A DNA stretch of 53,493 nt from Gemmatimonadota bacterium. GTDB taxonomy: Bacteria > Orphanbacterota > Orphanbacteria > Orphanbacterales > Orphanbacteraceae. The notes under the pieces were generated by a model. The model did not search any database. It was not told the origin of the DNA and saw only the letters and a program-made list of their open reading frames with translations. Of the stretch, positions 32,472 through 42,784 are shown piece by piece (positions within the stretch are counted from its first letter, which is position 1; each line of letters starts with the position of its first letter). Position numbers and translations under genes: made by a program. The stretch covers positions 1-53,493 of the forward strand of contig JAGUYC010000066.1 in the NCBI GenBank assembly GCA_020061515.1, written 5' to 3'.

Positions 32472-34004
32472 TCAGCCTCCCTCCCTCCACCTCGGGCGGT
32501 CGAGGGAGCGGTACTGGATCGCCTCGGCGAGGTGCGGGGCGCGGATGCTTTCGCTCCCAACGAGATCCGCGATGGTTCTTGACACGCGAAGGATCCGGTC
32601 GTGCGCGCGCGCCGAGAGCCCGAGCTTGTCCATCGCGGCGCGAAGGAGCTTCCGCCCTTGTTCATCCGGCGCGGCGAACTTCCGAATCTCCCGCGGCCCC
32701 ATCCGCGCGTTCGTGAAGAGCCCCGGAATCGCCGCGAATCTTGAGTGTTGAACCATGCGCGCGCGCTCCACGCGCTCCCGCACCGCCGCCGACGACTCCC
32801 CCGGAGCGATCTCCGAAAGATCCTTGTACGCCACCGGCGGCACCTCAACGTGGATGTCGATCCGATCGAGCAGCGGCCCGGACACGCGGCTCGCGTACCG
32901 CTGGATCTCCCCCGGCCGGCACGCGCACCGGGGATCTCCGAAGTAGCCGCAGGGGCAGGGGTTCATCGCCGCGGCGAGCATGAAGGCGGACGGAAAGACG
33001 AGAGAGACGGCCGCGCGCGCGATGCGGATGCTCCCCTCCTCGAGAGGCTGGCGAAGAAGCTCGATGACTTTCTTCTTGAACTCGGGGAGCTCGTCGAGGA
33101 AGAGGACGCCGTGGTGGGCGAGCGACGCCTCCCCCGGGCGGGGATACGCGCCCCCGCCGACGAGTCCGGCGTCGGACGTCGAGTGGTGCGGCGCGCGAAA
33201 CGGCCTCCTCCGGACGAGCGAGGAGCCGGCGGGAAGAAGCCCCGCGACCGAATAGATTCTTGTGACATCAAGCGATTCCTCCCGCGTCAGCTCCGGAAGA
33301 ATCGAGGGAATCCTTTGAGCGATCATCGTCTTTCCGGAGCCGGGCGGACCGATGAAGAGGAGGTTGTGTCCGCCGGCCGCGGCGATCTCGACCGCCCGAC
33401 GCGCCTGCTCTTGCCCGCGGACATCCTCGAGGTCGAGAGAGAGGCTCGAACCGTCTTCAGACCCTCCGGTCGGAAGATAGGGAGGGCCTTTCTCCGGCGC
33501 GCGGAGATGCTCGATTGCGTCGCGGAGCGAGCGGACCGGATAGACGCCGATCCCCTCCACGATCGACGCCTCCTCCGCGTTCTCGGGAGGGAGAAGCATC
33601 GCCCCGACGCGCAGTCGGCGGGCGAGCATCGCCATCGAGAGGACGCCGCGCACCGGACGTAGATTCCCGTTCAGCGAAAGCTCGCCGACCGCGAGAACTG
33701 AGTCCGATCCGAACGGGTCGATCTGCTCCGAGGAGACGAGAATCCCGAGCGCGATCGCCAGATCGAAGAGCGCGCCTTCCTTTCGGATGCCGGCCGGGGC
33801 GAGGTTCACGGTGATCCGCCGCGCGGGAAAGTGAAAACCCGAGTTCTTCACCGCCGCGGCGACCCGCTCCCTCGATTCGCGAACCGTCGCGTCCGGAAGC
33901 CCGACGACCGAGAACGCAGGGAGCCCTCCGCCGAGATCCGCCTCCACCGTCACGCGGTACGCGTCGACCCCGATGAGCGCGCTAGAGAGAACGCGGGCGA
34001 GCAT
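32472..34004 (-). CDS. comM: YifB/ComM Mg-chelatase-like AAA+ ATPase
   Basis: VGLPDATVRESRERV, GPPGSGKT, FRAPHH, LFLDELPEF, AMNPCPCG, SGPLLDRID. Confidence 0.95.
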   Translation of the reverse strand: MLARVLSSALIGVDAYRVTVEADLGGGLPAFSVVGLPDATVRESRERVAAAVKNSGFHFPARRITVNLAPAGIRKEGALFDLAIALGILVSSEQIDPFGSDSVLAVGELSLNGNLRPVRGVLSMAMLARRLRVGAMLLPPENAEEASIVEGIGVYPVRSLRDAIEHLRAPEKGPPYLPTGGSEDGSSLSLDLEDVRGQEQARRAVEIAAAGGHNLLFIGPPGSGKTMIAQRIPSILPELTREESLDVTRIYSVAGLLPAGSSLVRRRPFRAPHHSTSDAGLVGGGAYPRPGEASLAHHGVLFLDELPEFKKKVIELLRQPLEEGSIRIARAAVSLVFPSAFMLAAAMNPCPCGYFGDPRCACRPGEIQRYASRVSGPLLDRIDIHVEVPPVAYKDLSEIAPGESSAAVRERVERARMVQHSRFAAIPGLFTNARMGPREIRKFAAPDEQGRKLLRAAMDKLGLSARAHDRILRVSRTIADLVGSESIRAPHLAEAIQYRSLDRPRWREGG

Positions 34005-34201
34005 CGTGTTCGCTGCCCGGACGGCCGCGCGATCCCGAGAAACGTCGAAGCCGAGATTCGGCCCGCGGCCGTCTTACCTCCACCTCGATCCTCTCTGTCT
34101 CCTCCTCCTCCGCACCCCTCGGCCTTCTTGGACGGGGAACCGCCGGAATTGACGCGTGAAGCTCCACTCGCTATGTTCCTCCTGTTCTTCGGGGGAAGTC
34201 G

Positions 34202-35824
34202 ATGCGGAATCGGAAATGGACAACCGCCGCGCTCGCCGTTTTCATCGCCGCGCTCGCGATGCGCCTCCTCTTTCTCGGCGACTTCCGCGCCTCCCCCTAT
34301 TTCGACAACCTCCTGATCGACCCGGCCTCCTACGACCGCTGGGCAGAGAAGATCGCGGCCGGCGATTTCTGGGGGGAGCGCGTCTTCTACCAGGCTCCCC
34401 TTTACGCGTACATGCTCGGAGGACTCTACGCCCTCTTCGGCAGGGATCTCCTTCTCGTTCGGATCGTGCAGTCGATCCTCGGGTCCTTCACGTGCGTTTT
34501 CCTGTTTTTGCTTACGTCCAAAGTTTTCTCGCTGCGGCGCGGCATCGTCGCGGGACTTCTCGCCGCGCTCTACACCCCCCTTCTCTTCATGGACCTCATG
34601 ATCCTGAAGTCGGTGGCCGAGATCTTCTTTCTCGCAGCCGCCCTCCTCGCGCTCGCGATCGCCGCTCGAGGCGCGAGCCTCATCCGCATCGGCCTCGCGG
34701 GGCTTCTCTTCGGCGTCGCCGTCACGGGACGCGGAAACCTCCTCTTCGCGGTCCCCTTTCTCGCGGCGTGGCTCCTCCTCCGCGAGCCGCGCCCCTTCGC
34801 GCGCGCGTCCGCCGCTCGCGCCGGCGTCTTTCTTCTCGGGATCGGCCTCGCGATCCTTCCGGTCACGATCCGAAACCGCGTCGTCGGGGAGGACTGGGTC
34901 CTCGTGGAATCGGACGCGGGGATCAACGTGTACGTCGGGAACAACCCGCGCGCGACCGGGATCCACACGCCCCCCTTCGACATCCGCACCGTTCCGGAGC
35001 ATGAGGAGGAGGACGCCGCACGCTACGCCGAGAGGGAAACGGGGCGCCGGATGAAGCCCTCCGAGATCTCGAGCTTCTGGACCCGGAAGGCGATCGCGTT
35101 CGCGCGCGCGCATCCGGCGGAAGAGGCGCGCCTGATCGCGCGGAAGTTCCAGCTCGCATGGAACGGCTACGAAGTTCCGGACAACTACGACCAGAAGTAC
35201 TTCGCGCGGGTCTCCTGGATCTTCCGCGGCTTTCTTCCCTCGTTCCTATGGATCTCTCCCTTCGCGCTTCTCGGCTTCCTGCTCTCCGCGCGGGATTGGA
35301 GAAGAACCGGGATTCTTCATCTGTTCGTGATCGCGTACCTTCTCTCGCTCCTCGTCCTCTACGTGACCGCGCGCTACCGCCTCCCGATCGTCGTCGGTCT
35401 TCTCCCCCTCGCCGCGCACGGGCTTCTGGGATTTCTCGAGATGCTCCGCGCCCGAGCCCTCCGGCGCGCCGCCCTCGCCGGCCTGCTCCTCGTCTCGGTC
35501 TGGCTCTTCGGGCGCGCGGAGCTCTTTGCGTACCGCGGCTTCGTCAAACAGGAGACCGAGATCGCCACCTTCCTCGCCGACCGTGGGGATCACGCGGGAG
35601 CGGAGAGAGCGTTCGAGCGGGCGATCGAGGAGGGGAAAGGTTCCGGGAGCCTCCATCTCGTCTATTGGAACCAGGGGGCGTTCTTCGCCCGCGCCGGCCG
35701 CCTCGCGGAGGCGGACAATGCCTTTCGGAACGCCCTTCGCGAGAACCCGGCCTTCACCCCCGCGCGCCTCGAGCTCGAAAAACTTCAGGCTCGAAGAAAT
35801 GAGGCGCCCGGCGGGGAACGCTGA
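34202..35824 (+). CDS. GT-C (PMT/ArnT-like) glycosyltransferase with C-terminal TPR
   Basis: DPASYDRWA, FYQAPLY, multiple TM helices, ARYRLP, TPR-like end; promoter TTGACG-17-TATGTT at 34149-34177. Confidence 0.8.
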   Translation: MRNRKWTTAALAVFIAALAMRLLFLGDFRASPYFDNLLIDPASYDRWAEKIAAGDFWGERVFYQAPLYAYMLGGLYALFGRDLLLVRIVQSILGSFTCVFLFLLTSKVFSLRRGIVAGLLAALYTPLLFMDLMILKSVAEIFFLAAALLALAIAARGASLIRIGLAGLLFGVAVTGRGNLLFAVPFLAAWLLLREPRPFARASAARAGVFLLGIGLAILPVTIRNRVVGEDWVLVESDAGINVYVGNNPRATGIHTPPFDIRTVPEHEEEDAARYAERETGRRMKPSEISSFWTRKAIAFARAHPAEEARLIARKFQLAWNGYEVPDNYDQKYFARVSWIFRGFLPSFLWISPFALLGFLLSARDWRRTGILHLFVIAYLLSLLVLYVTARYRLPIVVGLLPLAAHGLLGFLEMLRARALRRAALAGLLLVSVWLFGRAELFAYRGFVKQETEIATFLADRGDHAGAERAFERAIEEGKGSGSLHLVYWNQGAFFARAGRLAEADNAFRNALRENPAFTPARLELEKLQARRNEAPGGER

Positions 35825-35875
35825 CCCGCGACCGACGAGCCGCGCCTTTCGCCGCCCCGAAGAGATCGCCGCCGG

Positions 35876-37756
35876 CTATCCGGGGGGAAGAAGAATCACC
35901 TTCCTCGTCTCCGTGTACGCGGGGCCCACTCGAAAGCGTAGGAAGTAGACGCCGGCGGCCGCCTCCCTTCCGCTCTCGGTCCTCCGGTCCCAAACGACGG
36001 ACGCCCTCCCCGATCGCAATCGGCCCGCCTCGACGTCGCGGACCCTTCTGCCGCCGCAGTCGTACACGCGGAACGCCGCCTCCATCCCCTCGAAGGCGGC
36101 GGGAACCTCGATCGCGAAGCGGACCGGCCCCGCCGTCGGGTTCGGACCATCCGGCTCGATCGAGAGCGCGCCGTAGCGTTCCGGGAGGAGGACGGCAACG
36201 GGCCCGAAATGGAGAGATCCGCCCGGGACCTCGACCGAGAGGGAATACCGAACCCGCTGCCGCTCTCCCACCGCGGGGAGCGTGCGATCCTCGCAGAAGT
36301 AGTAGCCGGGACCGTCGAGAGCACCGAGGGCGACCAGAACTCCGCCGGCGCCCGCCTCGCTATCGTCGCGAAAGAGCGAGTACGGCGCGCGGTCCGCATC
36401 GCCCTCGACGCTCCACTCGAGAAGGACCCGGTCGCGAACGAAACGCGCGCGATGGAACCGAAGCCGAATGGGGGCAGGCGCTTCCAGCCCCGGAAGGCGG
36501 ATCCGAAGCCCGCGAAACCTCCTTTCCTCCCCGCGTTCCTCCAACCAGACGGCAAGGGAATCCTCGAGAGCGAAGGGACCTTGTCGGCCCGGCGCGAGCG
36601 AGATCGGAAACGCCCGGCCGTCCGCGAGCCGCCGCCCGCGAAGGTCCCGCTCCCCGCCTGCCTCCTCGCTCCACACGAGAAACCCGCTCCCGAAGGCCGG
36701 ATCGCGGAGGTCGCTCCCGTCCCCCGCGATCGTGTCGATCGTCCCCTCCGCGAACCGATGAAGAAGCAACACCCACCGGGTTCCCCGGCGCGCCGCGAAG
36801 GCGATCCCCTCGGAGCCGATCGAAGGGGCGAGGAGCGAATCGTCGGACCGATGGACGAGCGCGCGGTTGCGCGTCGCGAGATCCGCCGTCCAGACCGCCC
36901 ACGTCTCCCCGTCGCTCTCGAGCCATGCCGCCCGTCCGGCGCGGACCGAAGGGCTCCCCGAAGAGGGGAACTCGAGAGGAAAGGAGAACGCCTCCCCGCG
37001 AACCGGGAGCAGAAGGATCTCTCCGAACGTCCCGCAGCAGCTTTGGAACCAGGCGGAAAGGGAATCCCCCGCGGCCGGGCGCGCCGCCGGGAAGTTCGGA
37101 TCGGAGACCGGCCTCGACGTTCCGCTCTCGACGTCGAGCCGGTGGATCCGGCCCCGACGTTCGTAGAGGATGCAACCTTTGCCGAGTGAAGCATCATGCC
37201 CGCTCCGCGCAGCGCCCTCGACCTCCGTTCCGCTCCCGAGTTCGAAGAGACGAAAGCCGTCCGCCTCCCGCACGAGAAGAAACGGGAAGCGGAGGTCGAT
37301 CCCCTCCGCCGGTCCGGGATCGATGGGAATCGCGAACAGCTCGCCCGCCGTGGTCGGTCCGACCGGAACGACCGCCCTCGCGAGCAAGGCTCCTCGCGAG
37401 GAATCCATCCGCGCCTCCACCGCGAGCGACTCCTCCTCCCCCTCCGCATAGGGAAGCACGACGGGGATCCGACAGAGGACCGAATCCTCTCCCGGGAGCG
37501 GGGGAAGCGGAAAGCTCCCGACCTCCGCCCCGCGCGCGCTCCACCGGACGGCAAGCATGGCTCCCCTTTCCCACGTGCCCGTCACGCGAACCGGAACGGC
37601 GACCGAGTCCCCCGCGAGGAAGGTTCTCCACCCCCCCGTCGTGTCGACGGCGATCGCGAGCGCCCGCGGCGTGTCGATCGCGTGCGAACCGAGCGCGGCT
37701 CCCGCATTTCCGGCGACCGCAAGAGCGGCGAGGAGCACGAGCGACCGCTTTCCCAC
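35876..37756 (-). CDS. Secreted beta-repeat protein with FlgD-like Ig C-terminal domain
   Basis: Signal peptide; TolB-like repeats; C-terminal PNP...VYD..GRRVR...WD...G...AAGVYF. Confidence 0.7.
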   Translation of the reverse strand: MGKRSLVLLAALAVAGNAGAALGSHAIDTPRALAIAVDTTGGWRTFLAGDSVAVPVRVTGTWERGAMLAVRWSARGAEVGSFPLPPLPGEDSVLCRIPVVLPYAEGEEESLAVEARMDSSRGALLARAVVPVGPTTAGELFAIPIDPGPAEGIDLRFPFLLVREADGFRLFELGSGTEVEGAARSGHDASLGKGCILYERRGRIHRLDVESGTSRPVSDPNFPAARPAAGDSLSAWFQSCCGTFGEILLLPVRGEAFSFPLEFPSSGSPSVRAGRAAWLESDGETWAVWTADLATRNRALVHRSDDSLLAPSIGSEGIAFAARRGTRWVLLLHRFAEGTIDTIAGDGSDLRDPAFGSGFLVWSEEAGGERDLRGRRLADGRAFPISLAPGRQGPFALEDSLAVWLEERGEERRFRGLRIRLPGLEAPAPIRLRFHRARFVRDRVLLEWSVEGDADRAPYSLFRDDSEAGAGGVLVALGALDGPGYYFCEDRTLPAVGERQRVRYSLSVEVPGGSLHFGPVAVLLPERYGALSIEPDGPNPTAGPVRFAIEVPAAFEGMEAAFRVYDCGGRRVRDVEAGRLRSGRASVVWDRRTESGREAAAGVYFLRFRVGPAYTETRKVILLPPG

Positions 37757-38091
37757 GGCGCCCTCCTTTCCCTGTCCGCCCTCCGGTGCAAGGCGCGTGC
37801 CCGACCGAGCAGCAGAGCTCCGCCGGGGATCCGCGTCCGCCTCAACGGTTTCCGCTCGGAGCGCGGCCGCCGTTTTTCGGTCGCCCGCCCACGGGATGGA
37901 CGCTCCCGACCGCGGCGTAGACTTCTCCCGCCCGCGCCGGGCTTTCCAGAATCCCCCGTTCTTTTTTGTTGCGGCGCCGAAGGAGGGGTTACACTTGTCC
38001 CCCGCCGGGAGATCCCCGCCCGGGCGGGGAAGAGAGCGAGCGCCGAAAGCCCGGCGCCGGAAAAGACAGACGCGCCCGAGGGTTTTTATTC

Positions 38092-39195
38092 ATGAATGAA
38101 GAATCGCCGCCGGTCGTGGCGAACGGGATCACCGACCCCGCGCTCGACGGGGCGACCCCGCAGGAGATCCCCCTCTCTCCCGACCTCGCGGTCGCGGCGC
38201 GCATCGCGCGCGACCGGACGCTCCCCCTCGAGGATCGCCTCGAGTCGTTCGAGGACATCATCGACTCGGAAGTCGGGGACACCTCGCTCACGCGCGCCCG
38301 CCACATCGAGCGGGAGTTCGGGATCCGCCAGCTCTATCTCAAGTTCGAGGGGGGAAACCCGACCGGGACGCAGAAGGACCGCATCGCCTTCGCGCAGGCG
38401 ATGGACGCCCTCCGGCGCGGTTACGACGCCGTCACGCTCGCGACCTGCGGGAACTACGGCGCGTCGGTCGCGCTCGCCGCGTCGCTCGCCGGGCTCGAAT
38501 GCTTCATCTATATACCGGAGACCTACCACACCAGGCGCGTGAAGGAGATGACCGATCGCGGCGGGAAGATCCTCCGCGTGCCCGGCGACTACGAAGCGGC
38601 GGTCTTCGCCTCGCGCGAGCGGGCCGACCGGGACGAGATCTACGACGCGAACCCGGGGGGCGCGAACACGAGGCTCCAGCTCCGCTCATACGGCGAGATC
38701 GCCGATGAGATCTACGACGAGCTCCGCGATGCCCCCGCGATCCTCGCGGCGCCCGTCTCGAACGGGACCACGCTCGCCGGGATCTACAAGGGGTTCTTCT
38801 CGTTGAGCCGGAGGGGGAAGACCTCACGCCTTCCGCGCCTCGTCGCCGGCTCCTCCTTCGGCAAGAACCCGATCGTCCGCGCGTTCACGAAGAACATGCC
38901 GCATTGCGAGGACCTCATCCCCCAGCGCGTGCGCGAGACAAGCATCAACGAGCCGCTCGTCAACTGGCACTCGATCGACGGCGATCTCGCCCTCGAGGCG
39001 ATTCGCGAGACGGGCGGATGGGCGGCGAACGCCTCGGACAAGAGCCTTCTCACGTACTCGAAGCTGATCCGCGAGCGTGAGGGGTTGAACACGCTCCCCG
39101 CGTCGACCGCGGGCCTCGTCGCGCTTCTCGAACAGCACAAGAAGGAACCGCTCCCGAACGACCGGTACGTGATCCTTCTTACCGGGAAACGGTGA
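38092..39195 (+). CDS. Fold-type II PLP enzyme (threonine synthase-like)
   Basis: KFEGGNPTGTQKDR PLP lysine motif, TCGNYG, PVSNGTT. Confidence 0.85.
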   Translation: MNEESPPVVANGITDPALDGATPQEIPLSPDLAVAARIARDRTLPLEDRLESFEDIIDSEVGDTSLTRARHIEREFGIRQLYLKFEGGNPTGTQKDRIAFAQAMDALRRGYDAVTLATCGNYGASVALAASLAGLECFIYIPETYHTRRVKEMTDRGGKILRVPGDYEAAVFASRERADRDEIYDANPGGANTRLQLRSYGEIADEIYDELRDAPAILAAPVSNGTTLAGIYKGFFSLSRRGKTSRLPRLVAGSSFGKNPIVRAFTKNMPHCEDLIPQRVRETSINEPLVNWHSIDGDLALEAIRETGGWAANASDKSLLTYSKLIREREGLNTLPASTAGLVALLEQHKKEPLPNDRYVILLTGKR

Positions 39196-40286
39196 TGGAA
39201 GAACGCGAGAGCGCGATCGTCTACTGCCGAGGCGCGTTCGGGACGCCGAACGGTAAGACCGCGCACGGGCTCGTGCGCTTCACGCGGCGCTACCGGGTGG
39301 AAGCGGTGATCGACGATCTCCGCGCGGGCGAGGACGCCGGCGAAGCGCTCGACGGGTGTCCAAGCGGCATCCCGATCGTCGCCTCGGTCGAGGAAGGGAT
39401 CCGGATCGCGGAGGAGGCGAAGCGCCCCGCGAGGCGTTTCGTGGTCGGCCTCGCTCCGGACGGAGGGCGCCTTTCCGCCGAGGCGAGAGAGGACGTCCGC
39501 CGCGCGATCGAACGGGGTCTTTCTGTCGACTCCGGGCTTCACGACTTCCTCTCCGAGGATCCCGTCCTCGCTCCTCTCGCCGCCGCGCGCGGGGTCGAGA
39601 TCCGGGACGTCCGGAAGCCTCCCGCCCGCGACGCGCTCCACTTCTTCACCGGGAAGATCGAGGAGGTCCGCTCTCTCAAGGTCGCGATTCTCGGCACCGA
39701 CTCGGCGGTTGGGAAGCGGACGACCGCGTGGAAGCTCGTCGAGGCGATCGAGCGGGCCGGGCGCCGCGCCGAGATGATCGGAACCGGACAGACCGCCTGG
39801 ATGCAGGGCGCGCGCTATTCGATCCTCATCGATTCGCTCATCAACGATTTCGTCACGGGGGAGATCGAGCACGCGGTCTGGAGCGCGTGGAAGGAAACGA
39901 ACGCGGACGTTCTCGTGATCGAGGGGCAGGGGAGCCTCCTCAACCCCGCGTACCCGGGCGGGTTCGAGATCCTCGCCGCCGCGAGACCCGACTGCATCGT
40001 CCTTCAGGACGCGCCGGCGAGGAGGGCTTACGACGGGTTCCCCGCCTTTCCGATGCACCCGCTCGGGAAGCAGATCCAGGCGATCGAGCTCGTGTCGGGG
40101 AAGTCGGTCGTCGCGATCGCCGTGAATCACGAGAACCTCGCGCGGGAGGAGATCCCGTTCGTCTGCGACGCGATCGCGCGCACGACCGGGCTTCCCGCGT
40201 TCGACGTCCTCCTGGACGGCGCCGGCCCTCTCGCATCTCTCATCCTCGAACGCATTCCCGAGACACACGACCGCCGGCGCGGGTGA
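39192..40286 (+). CDS. DUF1611 family protein (DgcN-like)
   Basis: GKTAHGL, SGLHDFL, GTDSAVGKRTT, GTGQT, IEGQGSL; start overlaps the upstream stop. Confidence 0.88.
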   Translation: MMEERESAIVYCRGAFGTPNGKTAHGLVRFTRRYRVEAVIDDLRAGEDAGEALDGCPSGIPIVASVEEGIRIAEEAKRPARRFVVGLAPDGGRLSAEAREDVRRAIERGLSVDSGLHDFLSEDPVLAPLAAARGVEIRDVRKPPARDALHFFTGKIEEVRSLKVAILGTDSAVGKRTTAWKLVEAIERAGRRAEMIGTGQTAWMQGARYSILIDSLINDFVTGEIEHAVWSAWKETNADVLVIEGQGSLLNPAYPGGFEILAAARPDCIVLQDAPARRAYDGFPAFPMHPLGKQIQAIELVSGKSVVAIAVNHENLAREEIPFVCDAIARTTGLPAFDVLLDGAGPLASLILERIPETHDRRRG

Positions 40287-40361
40287 TGCGGGCGCGCCTC
40301 CGATCCGGTATCATGGCGGAACGGGGAAAGAGACCCGGCCTCGGGTGAGGGGGAAGCTCGG

Positions 40362-42755
40362 ATGCAGCCGAAGAGAAGGACCGAGGTTCTGAGCGGGAAG
40401 CGCCCCGCGGTCACTTCACGTCCAAAAGATCCGCTCGACGCTCTTCACGCCTTCGATCGTCTGGAGGTCGGACCGGTCGAGGTGCGAAGAGACCGCCTCA
40501 CCGCGCCGTACACGGTGGTGAGCGGTCGGGGGAAGGAATCGATCGACCTCGTCTATCGTTTCGAAGAGCCGGTCTTCGATCCGAAGAGCTCCTCCGACCG
40601 CAACCTCGCCTCGATGGCCGCCGCGCAGGTCGCGCTGAACTACGGCCTCTTCTGCCGCACGATCGTTTTTCACGGGGCGTTCGACGAGGCGGACCGGCGT
40701 TTCCTCGGGGAGATGGCCGAGAACACGGCGCGCGAGATCTACGTGAAGAAGTTCCTGGAGCCGAACCCGTTTCTCGTCGGGGCGGGGCTCGGCATTCCGG
40801 CCCTTCCGAGGGAGAACTATCTTCGCGCCACCCTCCTCTTCCCGGACGCGGAACCGGCCGGGAAGATCTCGTGGATGATCGACTCCGCCGATCGGAACCG
40901 GTGCGCGGTCCTCTCGAGCGGCGGGAAGGACAGCCTCCTCACGTACGGGCTTCTGAACGAGCTCGGGTATGAGGTCCACCCGATCTTCGGGAACGAGTCG
41001 GGGAGACACTGGTTCACCGCTCTCAACTCGTTCCGCCATTTCGAGAAGAACGTCCCCCACACCGCGCGCGTTTGGATGAACTCGGACCGGGTGTTCACGT
41101 GGATGCTTCGCCGCCTCCCCTTCATCCGCGCCGACTTCGCGAGCGTCCGCTCGGACGAGTACCCGATCCGCCTCTGGACCGTCGCGGTCTTTCTTTTCGG
41201 AGCGCTCCCCCTCGCGCGCGCGCGCCGCGCGGGCCGCATCCTGATCGGCGACGAGTACGACACGACGCTTCGGGCGAGCCACAAGGGGATCGAGCATTAC
41301 GACGGGCTCTTCGACCAATCCCGCTTCTTCGACAACGCCCTCTCTCGTTACTATGGCCGTAAAGGATGGGCGCTGTCGCAGTTTTCGATTCTCCGCCCGC
41401 TCTCGGAGCTCCTCATCGAGAAGACGCTCTACGAGCGCTATCCGGCGCTCGTCGAGCAGCAGGTCTCCTGCCACGCGACGCACCTCGAGGGAGGCCGGGT
41501 CTTCCCGTGCGGGCGCTGCGAGAAGTGCCGCAGGATCGTCGGGATGGTCCTTGCCTTCGGAGGGGACCCGGGCCTTCTCGGATACAGACCGGAGCAGATC
41601 GAGACTTGCCTCGCGGACCTCCCGGTGAAGGGAGCGCATCAGGAGGAGGCGAGCTTGCACATGACGCTTCGGCTGCTCGAGAAGCGCGGGCTCATCTCTC
41701 TCACTCCCCGGGAGCGGAAACGAATTCGTTCCCATCCTGAGGCGCTCCAGATTCGTTTCGATCCGAATCGTTCGCCCATCGAGGGAATCCCGATCGAGAT
41801 GCGGATCCCGCTCTACCGGATCCTCCTCGAGCACGCGGAAGGGGCGGTGCGGCGGAAGGGGCGCGCGTGGGAGGCGTTCGATCCGATGATCGATGCCGCC
41901 GCGAACCGCGCCTTCCCGTTCGAGAGGAGCGCGGGCGTCTTCTTCGAGCGCGGATCGGCGCGGGGGGAGCGCCAAGCGCGGTTTCTTCTCGGCGAGCTCA
42001 CCTGGCCCGAGGCGCGCGAGCGTCTTCGCGAGGTGGACGTCGCCCTCCTCCCCGTCGGCGCGATCGAGCAGCACGGGCCGCATCTCCCGCTCGACACGGA
42101 TGCGTTCGACGCAGAGCATCTCTGTCGCGAGGTGGCGACGCGCTGCCAGGATCCAAGACCGCTCGTGCTTCCGCTCATTCCGTACGGCGTCTCGTACTAC
42201 CACGCCGATTTTCCCGGAACGGTGAGCATCGGGAACGACACGCTCGCGCGCCTGGTTTACGAGATCGGCATGGCCCTCGCGGCGAACGGCGTGACGAAGC
42301 TCCTCATCATCAACGGACACGGCGGCAACAAGCCGGCGCTCGACTTCGCGGCGCAGATGATCAACCGGGACGCGCGCATCTTCGTCGGCGTCGACACCGG
42401 CGAGACGAGCGACGTGGACATTGACGGCATGACGGAGACGCCGAACGACGTCCACGCGGGAGAAGTCGAGACGAGCACGAGCCTCGCGACGCGACCGCAC
42501 CTCGTGGACAGCGCACGCATCGAGAAGCTCGTGCCGAGCTTCTCGAGCCGCTACCTCAATTTCACATCAAGGCGCGGCGTCTCTTGGCACGCGTTCACGA
42601 AGCGGATCTCGCCGAGCGGCGTGATGGGAGATCCGACGAAGGCGAGCGCCGAAAAGGGCGCGAAGATGTGGGAGGCGATGATCGGACACCTGGTCGAGCT
42701 TGTGGAGGACCTCAAGGCGCTCACGCTCGACGAGATCTACCAGCGGCGGTACTGA
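40362..42755 (+). CDS. PP-loop ATPase (MurL/QueC-like) fused to a creatininase-family amidohydrolase
   Basis: SSGGKDS and SCH...CGRCEKC in the N-terminal part; PVGAIEQHGPHLPLDTD, NGHGGN, HAGEVETS, GVMGDP in the C-terminal part. Confidence 0.85.
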   Translation: MQPKRRTEVLSGKRPAVTSRPKDPLDALHAFDRLEVGPVEVRRDRLTAPYTVVSGRGKESIDLVYRFEEPVFDPKSSSDRNLASMAAAQVALNYGLFCRTIVFHGAFDEADRRFLGEMAENTAREIYVKKFLEPNPFLVGAGLGIPALPRENYLRATLLFPDAEPAGKISWMIDSADRNRCAVLSSGGKDSLLTYGLLNELGYEVHPIFGNESGRHWFTALNSFRHFEKNVPHTARVWMNSDRVFTWMLRRLPFIRADFASVRSDEYPIRLWTVAVFLFGALPLARARRAGRILIGDEYDTTLRASHKGIEHYDGLFDQSRFFDNALSRYYGRKGWALSQFSILRPLSELLIEKTLYERYPALVEQQVSCHATHLEGGRVFPCGRCEKCRRIVGMVLAFGGDPGLLGYRPEQIETCLADLPVKGAHQEEASLHMTLRLLEKRGLISLTPRERKRIRSHPEALQIRFDPNRSPIEGIPIEMRIPLYRILLEHAEGAVRRKGRAWEAFDPMIDAAANRAFPFERSAGVFFERGSARGERQARFLLGELTWPEARERLREVDVALLPVGAIEQHGPHLPLDTDAFDAEHLCREVATRCQDPRPLVLPLIPYGVSYYHADFPGTVSIGNDTLARLVYEIGMALAANGVTKLLIINGHGGNKPALDFAAQMINRDARIFVGVDTGETSDVDIDGMTETPNDVHAGEVETSTSLATRPHLVDSARIEKLVPSFSSRYLNFTSRRGVSWHAFTKRISPSGVMGDPTKASAEKGAKMWEAMIGHLVELVEDLKALTLDEIYQRRY

Positions 42756-42784
42756 AGAGCACGCACGAAAGGAAAGGTGAAAGC

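Noticed and set aside
32357-32848. N-terminal extension of the Y1 transposase ORF
   Set aside because: Overlaps comM and crosses the element's inverted repeat; the family start is (M)PRQPR at 32356
37980-38091. GC-rich hairpins upstream of the PLP enzyme as a possible riboswitch
   Set aside because: No recognisable riboswitch consensus; such stems arise by chance at this GC content. An Rfam scan would settle it
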